Positions 45,032 to 56,617 of a DNA stretch of 56,617 nucleotides are shown here, one piece after another. The stretch lies in the NCBI GenBank assembly GCA_963575745.1, contig CAUYUJ010000082.1, positions 62,001-118,617 on the forward strand, read 5' to 3'. Each line of letters opens with the position of its first letter. Position 1 is the first letter of the stretch. The position numbers and the translations under genes are program-made. The DNA comes from Prorocentrum cordatum. Lineage: Eukaryota. Below the pieces are notes generated by a model, which was not told where the DNA came from, made no database searches, and worked only from the letters and a program-made list of their open reading frames with translations.

Positions 45032-47170
45032 GTGGAGCTGCGCAGGATCTACGCAGATCTGGAGATCCTCGTCGGCGTCCCAACCGTCAACCTTTGCGGC
45101 CCAATCCAGCCCTCGGACTGGATCAGGCCAGCTCGCCCTGGAGGCTTCCCTGACCACCACCCGGACAGCGACGACGGCGACGCCTTTCGCTTGCCCAGCG
45201 ACCCCGCCCCAACTCCAGGTGGTCTTGACAACCGCGCTCTCCTCCCCCCTGTCCTTCCCACCCTTCTGCTTTTCGGGAGGCACGCCCTCACCTTGGCCCT
45301 ACAGGACTGGTGGAAAAAGTGGAAGTCGCACAGAGCACGCGCCTCGGTGGGGACGCTACTGGCGGCAGCCAGCCAAAGACGGCAAGTCACGCGCCCGGTG
45401 GGGGCCCTGGCTGCTTGGCTATACGAGTTTGGATGGGACGGACACGACCTAACCCCAGAGCAGGCTGGGCGCTGGCTCAAAACTTGGGACGCGGAGGTCA
45501 CGCAGCGGAGGGCGATGCACCTATCCCCCGCCCAACGAGGCCCCGGGGCAGAGCGCTCCCACCTCGCAGCCCACTGCAGGACGGGGCGAGAGATATACAA
45601 AAAGACCCACGCCATTCTGGGGGTAAGGGACCATGATGGAAATTGGCACGACAGGCCCAACCAGGTGGGCAAGGTACTTTGGGACAGCCGCAGCTCGATT
45701 TGGCACACCGCTCCCCCTCTTCCTAACTCTGCCGGCCGGCTCCTCGACCAGTACTTCTTGGAGCACCCCGGCACCGACATACCCAGTCGTCCTGCTCCAT
45801 GTTGGGCCAAGCTAGCTACCACCGTCCTCACCCCCAGCGGGGGCGCCCCAGGGGTCGACGGGGTCCCTTACGAGGCCTTTCACCCAGGCGCAAGGTTCGT
45901 CACCTGCCTCCTCGCCCAGGCCTGGTACGCAGCGGACCTCAACCCGAGCCTCATAGACGAAGTACTGGGGCCCTCAGTCGATCTCCTGGTATGGATTTGG
46001 AAGAAGCCAGGCGCTGAGGGGCCCAACGACATGAGGCCGCTCCAACTCCCCACCTGCATACGGCGTCTCTACGGAGCATCCTTGGCCGACCTTATGGGCC
46101 CCATCGTCGAACCGCTCTTAAGTCCCAATCAGGCAGCCAAGAGAGGAGGACAGTGTGGACCCAATATCACCAGGGTCACTCAGCACCTAAGTGCTACCCC
46201 CAGTCCACCAACCGCCCCGGGCCCTAGCTGGGCCGCGCTTCTAGGTCAGCATCATGCGGTGGTGGAAGAGTACGTCGAGCGCATCGCCGCAACTCTGGGC
46301 GACGCCCCATGCACTGCCGTCATCTTCTGTGATCAGAACAAAGCGTTCGAAAGGATCTCGCTCCAATGGGTCGATGCCCTGCTACAAAGATGGGGACTCC
46401 CCTCATGGCTTCTCAACGCCTTAAAAGCCTTGGTTATTGAACGAAAGGTTAAGACGTGCAAGGGCAAGTACAAAGGGCCAGAACGCCTCCTCCTCAGATC
46501 CGTCGGCATGGGCGGCACCGCCTCCCCCCTCCTGTGGAATCTGGGCTACGACCCCCTCATAAGCGCCATTGCATCCATCACAGGAGAGGTCGACCCCACT
46601 TACGTAGACGACCTCGCTGCGCTTGTTAGCACAACAAGACAGGCTCTTCGCGCAGCAATCGCACTCCCCTGGGCAGCCAAGGCCGCCAGGCTCCTGGTCG
46701 AGGCGCGCAGATGTCGGGGGGCGCGCACCTACGACCCCCCTGATATCCGCATGGCGTTGGAGGAGGTCCCCGTGCACTTTGAGCAGGGCGGAGACTGCGT
46801 GCTCATCTCAGGTTTGAGCAGGGCGGAGACTGCGTGCTCATCTCAGGTCTCCCTGCACTCCTGACCCAGGCTCTTATCAACAGACACATGGGGGAAGGTG
46901 GCCCGATACGGTGCACGCACTACCAGCGCACCTGTAACTGCGCGTTCAAGACAGCGCTCGTACCCGCGGGAAACCAAGGGTGGTGGCGCTCACTCATGGG
47001 GCACACCCCCTTTGGAGGATCGGCGGTCAGGGAGCAATGGCCCTATTTGGGGGCAATAGTAGTATCCCGAGCAGCAGACGGGGACGAACCCCCTGAGAAG
47101 GAGGACTCACAGGGGAGCAGGAAGAGCTACTGCGCAAGGGCACGTGGAACCGCCCCCTCCCCAGGATGAG
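45032..47170 (+). pseudogene. Non-LTR reverse transcriptase, frameshifted by a 35-bp duplication
   Basis: APGVDGVPY; WKK..MRPLQL; DQNKAFERI; GMGGTASPLLW; YVDDL; PYLG. Confidence 0.92.
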
Positions 47171-47524
47171 AGAGATCCCTAGCGCTGCACTTGGCCAAGA
47201 TGTCTCCCTCCAGAACGGCCGCCGCATGGAACGCGCACCTGGTCTCGCTGATCCCCTACGCTGCCCACTGCGCCCCCCCGGACGCGACCCAGGAGCGTGA
47301 GCTGTGCGCCCAGTTGAGGACTGCCCTCGGGCTGGCTGGGGCATCCTGGGCCCCCGACATAATCCTTACCGGCCTTGGCATGCGCTTCCAGGTCCAGGGC
47401 GCCCCCAGGTGCCCTGTAGCCACTGCCCGCGCCGTTGCTGCAAGAGCGTTTGTGCTCGGGGACTTCCGGGGTCCCTGCGCGCTCAGGAAGCGCGCCAGCA
47501 CCAGATGGAAACTGCTGACCTGGA

Positions 47525-48556
47525 GTGGCCAGGCAGCCCATGCCCCAGAGGCACCCCCCCCCACGACCGAAAATTATCACAGAAAGAAAGGCCGCCCAGG
47601 CCCTGCTCACCTTGAGGCAGCGACCTCACCTTGTGGGGGCCAAGCAATGCGGCAGAATCACGTACGTGGCGGCTTGGGCGCAGATGAACAGTCATCACTT
47701 CACCGCCTGGCTCCAAAGAACCAGCCAAAGGAGGAGATGGCGACCGTCGTTGGGTGAGGAGTGGCAGCTGCTTCGGCACTGCGTCACATTCACCTGTGCG
47801 TACCACGTACTGAGGGTGCTCAGCAACGGCCTGCCAGGCCCGGCAAGGCGCAGGGGAAATGGCGAAAGAGTTCCCCGCAGATGCCCCTGCGGGGCGCCGG
47901 CCAGCAGAGTTTGGATCACCGCCGGCCCGAATGACGAGGGGGCGGCCTGGTGTTGCACATGCATCGGCAACGGTCCCCACGCCCTTGCCCTCTGGCAAAC
48001 GCTCCCCCCTGATTCTCTCCCTCCCCCCCTGAGACTTCAAGCCTGCGCCTATGCTGGCTCGGGGGGGCCCATGGGGCCGCCCATCAGGGAAGGGCCGTGC
48101 GGACGTTGCCCTCTCTGCGGACTGGGAGAAGCCACGACCAAGCACGTCTGGCACTGGTGCCCTGCTGCCGCTCTCGTCTGGGACACCATCCGCGGGCCCG
48201 ACGACCCGCCCCCCCTCGCCCAAGCAATCGCAAGCGAGGGCGAGCACCAGCCGCTGCTGGCCAGAATATTACACCAGATATCCTACCGCTACTGCGTCAA
48301 CCTCACTGCCACCCCTCTGGAAGCAAGCGACGCGGCCACTCTCATCCCGCGAGGGCTGGCCACCCCAGGCATCGACCCCCACGAGAGCGATGGGGACGAG
48401 CAGACTGACAGCGACCCTTCCAGGGGCGGCAGACACGATGAAGCGGCCGTGTGGACCGTGCGGCGCGACCATTGCCACACTTGTAACCCGGAAGCCCTCG
48501 CCAGCCTGGGCAATTCGCGGGGCTGCCAGGCCCCGCGCACAAAGGCGCGCAGATAG
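47525..48556 (+). pseudogene. LINE C-terminal region with CCHC zinc knuckle
   Basis: CPLCGLGEATTKHVWHWCP at 48107-48163. Confidence 0.8.
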
Positions 48557-48853
48557 GGCTGGAGGCGAAGCTCGGAGGCTCCCGGTGGCCAGCAGGCACT
48601 GCAACCCGGACGATAGGCTAGTGGTGGTTCAGGCCACGCACAGCCGCGCCGCGTGGATGCCTCCCGGCAGAGGTTGGTTCCTTTGCCCAAGGACTGACAA
48701 CTCTCCAACCGCGTGCTGGACGACAACCTTCTGTCGTGAATGTTGCTTGCGTACCCCACTCTCAGGGCCAACATCAGACTCGAGCCAGGCGACGAGATAA
48801 CCGTCCGCGACTCCCCTTTTCCCGACTCCGACTCCACCCATTGGCCCTGCTAG

Positions 48854-49260
48854 ATCACCTTTGACGGGGGGGCAAGATCCATCGGGGAGGGCGATGAAGT
48901 TTCTGGGGCTGGGGCCATACTCTGGCACCGCAACCCCAACACCGGGGCTCCCCGCGTGCTCGCCATTGCCATAATCGCTCTCCCAGATTGCAGCAACGCC
49001 CAAATGGCGGAGGTTGCAGGCTGTCGTGCAGGGCTGGCACTGCTCCCCCACATCAACAGCCCCACCCGCACTGCGCGGATTGTCGGCGACAACTTAGCCG
49101 CAGTAAGGTACGGAGCTGGCACAACCAGATACCGAAGGCTACATCTGGCTCAGCAGATGGAGGAAGCCTTGGGGCTGGTCGAGGGAGCAGGTTGGGTTCT
49201 CACTTGGCAGGCCGCCAGGCGCAGACTTAACAAAGCGGCGGACAGTCTGGCCACCATAGG
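48854..49260 (+). pseudogene. RNase H (archaeal/plant-type) of the LINE
   Basis: ITFDGGAR..GAGA; AQMAEVAG; IVGDN; RRLNKAADSLA. Confidence 0.88.
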
Positions 49261-51210
49261 GGTGTATTGGGCAGACGCCCTCCACAGGGCAGGAGTTACA
49301 GCAGTCACTTCCCGCGCTCAGTGGAGTGGGGCCGTCCACCCTATTCCCGCCCACTTCCCGTGCGCCCCCCCTCGCTCTGCCTGTCTGTGCGACCTCATTG
49401 TGGCGGCTGAGGTTGCCCGCTCTCTCGCGCACCCCTCCCCTGCCCCGCTCCCTGACCCCCCTCATTCTGTGCCCCGTCCGCCCGACCGCCGCAGCATCTG
49501 GGCCCGCGCCGTGTCGGCTCAAGCAACTCCTCCCATGTGCGTTCTTTCAGTTCTCGCAGCTATCGGCTGGACTCCCCCACACTGCACCGCCGCGCGATGG
49601 TAAAGAAGAACAGCGGTGGGCCCCTTGTCAGATGGCCGTCTCCGTTCGAGCCCTGCAAGAGTGGCCCCAGTACGGAAGATGCATCCAAGCCCTTTCGTGC
49701 CCGTGAGCGCCCCTGGATGCGCTGGGCGCACTTCCACACGGAGTGGTGTTGGTGGTGCGAGGTCTGCCAGGAACACTGCGGCGGCAAGGCGCATCTTGAG
49801 TAGCGAGCATTACCAGGAGGCCGCCAAGCAGAAGGAGCACGGGTGGCCCGACCCCAGGTGCTACACGGAGGCGGGCAACCTATGGGCCAGGACCCGAGGA
49901 GGGACCAGAGACTGCATCACCAATAACATAATCGAGAGGTACGAGTGGCCTGGGTGGGTACTCCCCTGTCCGGACGTGGAAGACGGCCATCGGCACCTAC
50001 CAGGCTGGACGTTCCCAGAGGACTGGGACCACGTACCAGTCGACTTTCCTTATCGGGACGACGATTTAAGCTTTATAACCACCGCCGACGCGATCCCGTC
50101 TGCCAGCCTGCGGCCAGCAGACTTGCACCGACGTGGCGGGAGGGCGAACCCATGGCTCGGCGGAAGGACGGCGGGGGGCAGCGTCATGCCTCCCCCTCGC
50201 AACATCGCAGAGGGACCGCCTCCCCCCAGCTTGTGTGACAGGTTGGTTGGATCCAGCAGGGCGTCGTCGCAAGACCCCGCCGAGCGGGGCGGGTCACGAA
50301 AGGGGGAGGGACCCAGTGGGTCCAGCAGTCGCCACCCACTCCCCTCGCTGACACCCCCAGACCCCCCAGCTGACACCGCGGCCAAGGCCATCGTACAGTT
50401 GTTCTGCGTGCCAGCGGAGCGCCCTGGAGCCCAGTTCCGTCTGCATGTCCCACTGGGGAAAAATCTTAGAGGGAGTTAACCTGCCGGTGTACTGGGAGCA
50501 GGACCCACGACAGAGGGGGATCGTTCTGACCAGACTGGCATGGACGGAGACCATGGCCCCCACAGAGACAACATGGGACGGATCAGTAAAGGCCAGAACA
50601 GATTTGGTGCGCAAGCGGAGCTGCGCCGTGGAAGTGGCGGTAACCCCCGCGCACGAGCAGTCCGACTGTCACGTGCTTGACAGGTTCAAGCTTCGCCAGG
50701 CGTTCCCCCCCCAGGAGGGGAAGACACTCCTACACCTGCAATGGCCGAGCGAATTCCGGCTATCGCTCCAGGGAATGGACGGCGTACAGGACTCGCAATC
50801 CCGGATGCTGCTCTTCAGCCTCACCAGTCCCACAGAGGACCAGGTCGCCTCCCTCAGGCTGGTGTGGCCCCCGGAGTTTGGTGGCCACATCACCAGCAGC
50901 GAGTGCGTCGCAATGGATCTCGGGGAAGGCACAAGGTACCCCACCAACCAGGCATTGGCATGGTGCGACTCCAAGGAGGCAGAGGAATTATTGGCTCTCG
51001 GCAAGGAAACAAGTTCTGGCAGCAAGAAACAAGTCCTGTTCCGACTGGACAGAGCGCCATCGAGGCTGCAGTATTGGAGGATCTATCAGGCCATCTCCGA
51101 CATCCACAAGCTGCAACAGTCGCCGGAGGAATTCGCGGGCTCTCCACTGGACGTGATAACGTTCTACCTCGATATAAGGACTCCCCAACGAGACGACAGG
51201 CTAAGGGCCA

Positions 51211-53505
51211 ATGAAGTGGAGAAAACGAGGGCGGGCGGGGCTTCTCTCCTGGCAAGGGCAAGGGCCACCATGGAGAGCCGAGGACAGCCTACTGGGAGTA
51301 TCCGCGGTAGGGGGGACCACGCAGCAACAGCGCAGCCAAGCGCAAGCGGTCGCGCCGTTCACGGACGATGAATTTGATGGATCAATCGGGCAGGTCCTCC
51401 AGCGAGTGCGGAACCTCCCCTCCGTCCACAGCCCCAACGAGGCCGCCGCACGACACCGTCTAAACAGCAGCGCGGCCAAGGCATTGACCTCCACCATCCT
51501 ACACCACGTGACGATTGTACATGGACCCCCTGGGGCTGGCAAGACTCTGTTCACAGTGGCCACCATGGACGCATGGGCCAGTTCACTTCCCGCGAGGCAG
51601 TCGGTAGCCCTCGCAGCTGGATCGAACACAGCAGCCGACCAGCCCGCTATTGGGCCCGGAGTGGCGCAGAAGGAGAACAGGCTTGCGGGTGAGACCGGGT
51701 TTCCCAACAGGTGCGTCAGGCTCGCGAAGGACGCCAGAGTGGCGCAGGGAATTGCGTCCTTGACCCCTGTGGGACACTTTCAGAGGACCCACAATCGCCC
51801 GCCCAAGCAGAATGGACCCTCCAAGGAGCTCCAGTCTTTCCGCTCCCAACTATTAAGCGACGCCAAGCTGGTTATCGCTACCCACGAGGCGGCCGAGTCG
51901 CTCAAACTAGTATCAACGGCGCTACTCATCATCGACGAGGCGGAACAGGCCCACGAACTCATGGCGGCAATGTCCCTCGTCAATGTCATAGGGTCAGGTG
52001 GGCGCCTAGTGCTGGTTGGTGACCCCAGGCAGCTACCCCCCACGGTTCTCTCCGGGAAGGCGGCTGTCAGGGGGCCTTGTCTCTCCATATTCGACAAGCT
52101 GCACAACGCACTGGGCGGGGGCAGCCCAGCGGTGGTGCAGCTAAACCTGTGCTACCGTATGCATCCTCTCATTCTCTCCTGGCCAAGCGCGGCCTTCTAC
52201 AACAAGGCTATTCGGTCTGGGCTCGCCGACCCCCTGGCGCAGAGGCCAATCGTGGAAGGAATACCGTGGCAGCAGGTGCAGCCCTGGGACGAAAGGAGAC
52301 TCCGGGCGCTAGCAGCATCGGCCAACGCTACCACGGATGACATGGAGACGTTACCGCGGGACCTTCAACCCCCACCGCAGCACTCTGAAGAAAGGCACCG
52401 ATTTCTCCTGGTCGACAACCCCTCAGTTGAGGTCACCTCCAATCTTCATTCCGGCTACGCGAACATCCCAGAGGCCGCGCAGACGGTGGACGTGGTGAGG
52501 GCCCTCATGCCTGCCATGGAAGAAGGGACCACTGTCCTGGTCGTGGTAGGGTACCAGCTTCAGTGCGCGGTGCTCGAGGAGGGCTGGCCCCAGTCGGGTC
52601 GCAACATCATCGGCTCCCTCGGGCAGGCTAGGAACAGGGGCAAAGGTGACGGCAAAGGCGAATTCAAAGGGCCATGCGACCCCCGGGACCAGCGAGGGCA
52701 CGAACAGGTCTTTGAGCAATGGAGCTCCCAGTCCAATGGAATCGGGCTTCAATTCCCAGGGATATGCCAAGTAGCTGGGAGATACCTGGCCAGTGGCAAG
52801 CTCAACATCTCCACCATCGTCTCCAGCCAGGGCGGTGAGGCCGACATCGTGGTCTACCTGACTACGCGATCCAACTGCAACCACGACTGGGGTTTCATGG
52901 GCAATCCCAATAGAGTCAACGTCATTATCACGCGTGCCAGGTCACACGTGATCATCATCGGGGATGGAAGAATGTTCACCACGGCCACGGGGTCGCACCT
53001 CAGGGAGCTCTCTGAATATGGGCGGATGGCCGGGCTTTGGATACGCTTCCATGGGGACAACCTGGGCAACCGTGCCTCCCTACGCTGCGACGAGGGATTC
53101 GACCCCATCAAGGACCTGGAGTCTTGGATCCCAGCTGCTCCCACACACGACGGAGACGCCAGCGTAAAGGGCTTGGGCGACGCCATCAGGAAGGCCGAGG
53201 CCAAATTGGAAAGCTCATTCGCAGACCGTATTGCAGCACCACTGGGGCAGAAGTTCTCGTGGGAACAGCTAGGGGCCGCCCTCTCGGACAGCATCCAGAC
53301 GCTAGTCGACGACCCACTCATGGGCATTCTGATGTACACCATCTCTGGACTGCACCCCCACCAGTGGCAGGTGGGGGCCACGCCCAGGCAGCCTGGCAGC
53401 TTTGACAGGCAGGCATGGAGCCATTTGGGCTACTGCTTTGACCCGGAGGTCGGGATCGACGCGAGCAACCGGGTGTACAACCTCACGTGGGCGGCCATCG
53501 TCTAA
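51211..53505 (+). CDS. Upf1/Dna2/Sen1-like superfamily 1B helicase (core ~51460-53030); N-terminal part probably in ORF 50445-51371 via a frameshift
   Basis: Motif I HGPPGAGKT (51520-51546), Ia AGSNTAAD, II IIDEAEQ, III LVGDPRQLPP, YRMHP, V STIVSSQGGEAD, VI NRVNVIITRAR. Confidence 0.92.
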   Translation: MKWRKRGRAGLLSWQGQGPPWRAEDSLLGVSAVGGTTQQQRSQAQAVAPFTDDEFDGSIGQVLQRVRNLPSVHSPNEAAARHRLNSSAAKALTSTILHHVTIVHGPPGAGKTLFTVATMDAWASSLPARQSVALAAGSNTAADQPAIGPGVAQKENRLAGETGFPNRCVRLAKDARVAQGIASLTPVGHFQRTHNRPPKQNGPSKELQSFRSQLLSDAKLVIATHEAAESLKLVSTALLIIDEAEQAHELMAAMSLVNVIGSGGRLVLVGDPRQLPPTVLSGKAAVRGPCLSIFDKLHNALGGGSPAVVQLNLCYRMHPLILSWPSAAFYNKAIRSGLADPLAQRPIVEGIPWQQVQPWDERRLRALAASANATTDDMETLPRDLQPPPQHSEERHRFLLVDNPSVEVTSNLHSGYANIPEAAQTVDVVRALMPAMEEGTTVLVVVGYQLQCAVLEEGWPQSGRNIIGSLGQARNRGKGDGKGEFKGPCDPRDQRGHEQVFEQWSSQSNGIGLQFPGICQVAGRYLASGKLNISTIVSSQGGEADIVVYLTTRSNCNHDWGFMGNPNRVNVIITRARSHVIIIGDGRMFTTATGSHLRELSEYGRMAGLWIRFHGDNLGNRASLRCDEGFDPIKDLESWIPAAPTHDGDASVKGLGDAIRKAEAKLESSFADRIAAPLGQKFSWEQLGAALSDSIQTLVDDPLMGILMYTISGLHPHQWQVGATPRQPGSFDRQAWSHLGYCFDPEVGIDASNRVYNLTWAAIV

Positions 53506-53930
53506 TTCTTCGGGCTTGGCACGCCATGGTGCGACAAAAAGCTCGGGGTCGCGTGCGAGTCGCTCCCCCCCTACCTCGCATGGTGGGCTCCAACAGGGTC
53601 CCCAAGAAGAAAAGTCACTGCGCTCCCCGGAGCACGCTCCATCAGTTTCCAGCGGCATGGAGCTCTACCACCTGCAATTGCCGTCGGCACAGGTTACACC
53701 CAGGTATGGAGAACCTGGGCGCCGTGTTCCAGCACGAGGGGATCGATGCAATGCTCGCAGACATGCTGGTCAGTGCGAGCGGACAGCCGCTCTCCCCACA
53801 CGCACTCAGAGTACTACTGGTGGTCATGATGTTGCAGCTATGTGAGCCCCGGGCCACGCTATGGCCCTTCCCGAACCCCGAGGTCACTGGCGACATCTTC
53901 GAGGCCATGATGGGCCTGTGCCTCCCGTGG
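53440..53930 (+). pseudogene. RNase III-like motifs, possibly two degenerate domains
   Basis: SNRVY...DKKLGVACESL (helicase frame, past the TAA at 53503) and ENLGAVF..G...VTGDIFEAMMG (53883-53915) resemble the RNase III N..La / K.laD.fEAl.G helices; no ERLEFLGD signature found. Confidence 0.4.
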
Positions 53931-54072
53931 CAGGAAGCGCACAGAGATTTCCGCGCGCAGTTCGCCACGACGTGGGGTTACCAGCTGGCGGACCTCGATA
54001 ATCTCCGCGCCAAGCTCGCCAAGGTCATCCGTCACTCAGGTGCCCTAGCAACCTTCGCCCACCACCGCAATA

Positions 54073-55238
54073 TTGCCGACAAGCACGGCTGTCCAAAGAC
54101 TTGGGCCGAGATGGAGGCGCACGACTTCACGTCGGAAGCTCCCCGTGCGCGTATTAGAGGACATTGTGCAGCCAGCCGGCGCGTGCCATCTACACCACGG
54201 AGAGTGTTCCATCTGCCTTCTCCACGCCGCGCCGGCAGGGGCGGAGATCGGGCTGGGGTGCCCACGTAATATGGGGGACCTACAGTACATTGGCGGGGGG
54301 ATTGCCATCTCTAACCACCGTCTCGACGAAGACATCCCCGCCTCACCCGCCCCAGGTACTGCGCTGATTCCCCCCGTTGTGCACGACGGGCGCTTCAGCA
54401 GGCTTCAGGAGGAAGCCGCGTACTGCTGCGACGGATGCCACAATGGAGGGCTACAAGGCTCCGCAGGCACTTGGGTGGATGACTACACCCGGGAGCTACT
54501 CGCTCAGAACCGCCTGCAGGCGCACGCGAAGGGGAGAAATTGCAGATGGCTCTGCCAACGCTGTTGGGTCGCCTCATTGGAAGAGAAGGGCATTTCTCTC
54601 CCCGGGCCGGACCCCGACGAGCGCTTCAGCAAGGAGTCCATGCAATGGCTACTGCAGGAATACAAGCGCAGGCTACTGGACAGCCGGGGGCAGAAGAGGG
54701 CCAAAACCTTCCCACCCATGGACGGGCTTCATTGGGGTTGCAGGAGCCTAAGGGCGCTGGAGCCGAGGTCTCCCTCAAGGAGCTACTATTACGTACGACG
54801 CGCCACTATCGCCCTTCCTGTGCAGGCACCACCCTGCCACCACAAAGGCTCTCCGACGGCAGGTTCGGAGTGGAGGCGCACCGTAGCGGATGCTATTCAG
54901 CAAAGTGCGACTTTTGCCCCGCGCACACCCCAGTGCTTGAATGGTCGGCAGGCACACCCGCCCTGGGGTGCTTCATCTGGCACCCTGAACAAGGCGCTGA
55001 GTGCTGCGACCGCACAGGCCTCCCAGTATGGGAAGCAATGCTTACGCTGTGGACCAAGGGGCAATGGAGCGCCAGCTGGGCCTGCAGGAGGTGTTTGGTG
55101 CACATTTGGGACGTCGCACCCAGCGCTCTCAACAATGTGCTGAACGCATACTCCAACATGATCTACCCCCCCAGTCCTGTCCCAATGGTGGCGAGCGAAG
55201 GTGCAGAAGAGGGTCGGGGGCGGAAAAGAGGGGGGTGA
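54073..55238 (+). pseudogene. Cys-rich coding region of unknown function, frameshifted
   Basis: CHLHHGECSIC, YCCDGC, WLCQRCW, CDFC and WACRRC in overlapping + strand ORFs. Confidence 0.45.
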
Positions 55239-55427
55239 TGACTAGGGGGGGGTGGATATCATGGCGTGGGCCATGATATTTCCCCAGATTTCATGGCGAC
55301 TCTTCTCATTTCATTACGTCCCTGGCCCCCCCGCTGGGCCGCGCACATGCCGCCGGTCATGATTTGCACCCCCCCCTCTTGGACACCCCCCTCCTGGCCG
55401 CTCCCGAGAGGGGGGCATCTATGATAT

Positions 55428-56617
55428 GTGTGCGCACCTGTCTCCGGTCACCACTTCCCCAAAGGACGGCTCCTCCGCGAGCTCCCCCCTGTGCTCGAGG
55501 CGCGGGCGGTGAGAATCACCAAGGACAATGCTGCACTCGGGTGCGCTCTGCCGCCGCTCCCTCCGCCCGACGCCCCCCCGCTGCCCGCGCGCGCGACCCT
55601 CTGCCTGGGAGGGGGGCAGGCGTGCAGGCCAGTACGCAAGCTGGTGAATTGTCTGCTGGAATGGAACCATGAGATTTATACCCGTTGGTCGACATTTGGT
55701 GGAGAAAGGGTCGGAGACCAAGTGTGTGAGGACAGCGAGATATCCGACTGGTCTCACAGCCAATTGCTGCGTTTTCTCCACTCCATCTACAGTGACCAGA
55801 TCCCCATGAATGGGCACCCCTCTCACATTCCTCGGGGCGGCCATAGAGCTGCAGCAGCCAATGCCATTGCGCTGTTGGTTGGGAGTAATGGAAAGTTCCA
55901 GGAGGATCGGATCACCTTCTCGGCCGCGCTCGACTGCCAAAGAGGGCAAGACCCGTGGCTGCAGCCGATGGAAGCGCTGCGCCGCTTCTTATCCCTCAGG
56001 AAGGACGATCTCGCAGGAGGAACGCTGAAATCCTCGCTGGCGAGCACAGCGCCCCGAACAGCAACGAAGCTAGGGATGACTCCCCCGCCGCCGCCTGGCG
56101 CAAGCGCCCTCCAGCCTCGGACGGCCACGCCAACTGTGATGACCTCAGTCAGCAGCCCCCAGGGGCCACAGAAGCGACGAAGGAGATAAAGGAGGAACCG
56201 TCCTCGGATAGGGGCTCTCACGGTAACGGCGACAATCCGTTCGAGGTAGACTGGGATGAGGATAATCCAGAGAGAACAGTCTCCATGATCTATAGCCCCC
56301 CGCAGCAGGACGAAGAAGCCGAAATCAGCGGCCTCAGTGGCAGAGAAGTCCCCTTCATGCGGACAGTGCTGTGGTCAGTCCCCCCCGACGAAGAGGAAGC
56401 TGCCAATTGGGCGCCCTGCGCCGCGGCCCGCTTCAAAGAGGACATAGAACAAATCCGTGACAAAAGGGCTGACCAAAGGAAACTTCGAGGGAAAGGGGGC
56501 GCCAGACCGCAATCAGGAGTCTATCCAGGAGCGAGCAGCCCCGGCGCACGAGACTCGACGGGCGCTCAGCCCCCGGCAGGACAGCAGCCCAGAGAGACGG
56601 CCGCGCCCGCAGGCTGA
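55428..56617 (+). pseudogene. Further + strand coding-like region of unknown function
   Basis: ORFs 55428-56189 and 55955-56617 with ordinary amino-acid complexity; no recognisable motif. Confidence 0.35.

Larger units (their letters stand above)
44106..56617 (+). mobile_element. Non-LTR retrotransposon (APE-RT-CCHC-RNase H) with probable 3' cargo (Upf1-like helicase, RNase III-like and Cys-rich domains); 3' end not seen
   Basis: The core 44106-49260 is well supported by motifs. Extension to the window end is inferred from continuous same-strand coding, uniform composition and absence of microsatellites. Confidence 0.7.

Noticed and set aside
51211..53505. Host UPF1 gene or Helitron helicase
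   Set aside because: No Upf1 CH domain or introns, and it is embedded in decayed TE-like sequence; motifs are Upf1-like rather than Pif1-like, and no Rep/HUH domain is present

Overview
Repeat-rich eukaryotic DNA, very probably dinoflagellate: a near-perfect dinoflagellate spliced leader sits at 44106-44127. No intact host gene is recognisable, and most listed ORFs are microsatellite or GC-rich artefacts. Two large decayed retroelements dominate the window. (1) A complete 22.8-kb Ty1/Copia LTR retrotransposon spans 14766-37548, with 343-bp LTRs, AGT...ACT termini, a CTGAG target duplication and a half-tRNA-type PBS. After Gag-PR-IN-RT-RNaseH it carries about 12 kb of extra same-strand coding sequence, with motifs of a C5-cytosine methyltransferase, an SGNH hydrolase, a PARP-like ADP-ribosyltransferase and a Tpt1/KptA RNA 2'-phosphotransferase. 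About 25 strand-biased triloop hairpin motifs (CGRC-TCA-GYCG type) are scattered through it. (2) A LINE begins exactly at the spliced leader (ORF1-like, APE, RT, CCHC, RNase H) and is followed without a break by a Upf1-like SF1 helicase, RNase III-like motifs and Cys-rich domains, running off the window end. The rest is MITEs, satellites, a LINE RT fragment and (GGA)n/(GAT)n tracts. All domain calls are by-eye motif recognition and were not checked against any database.
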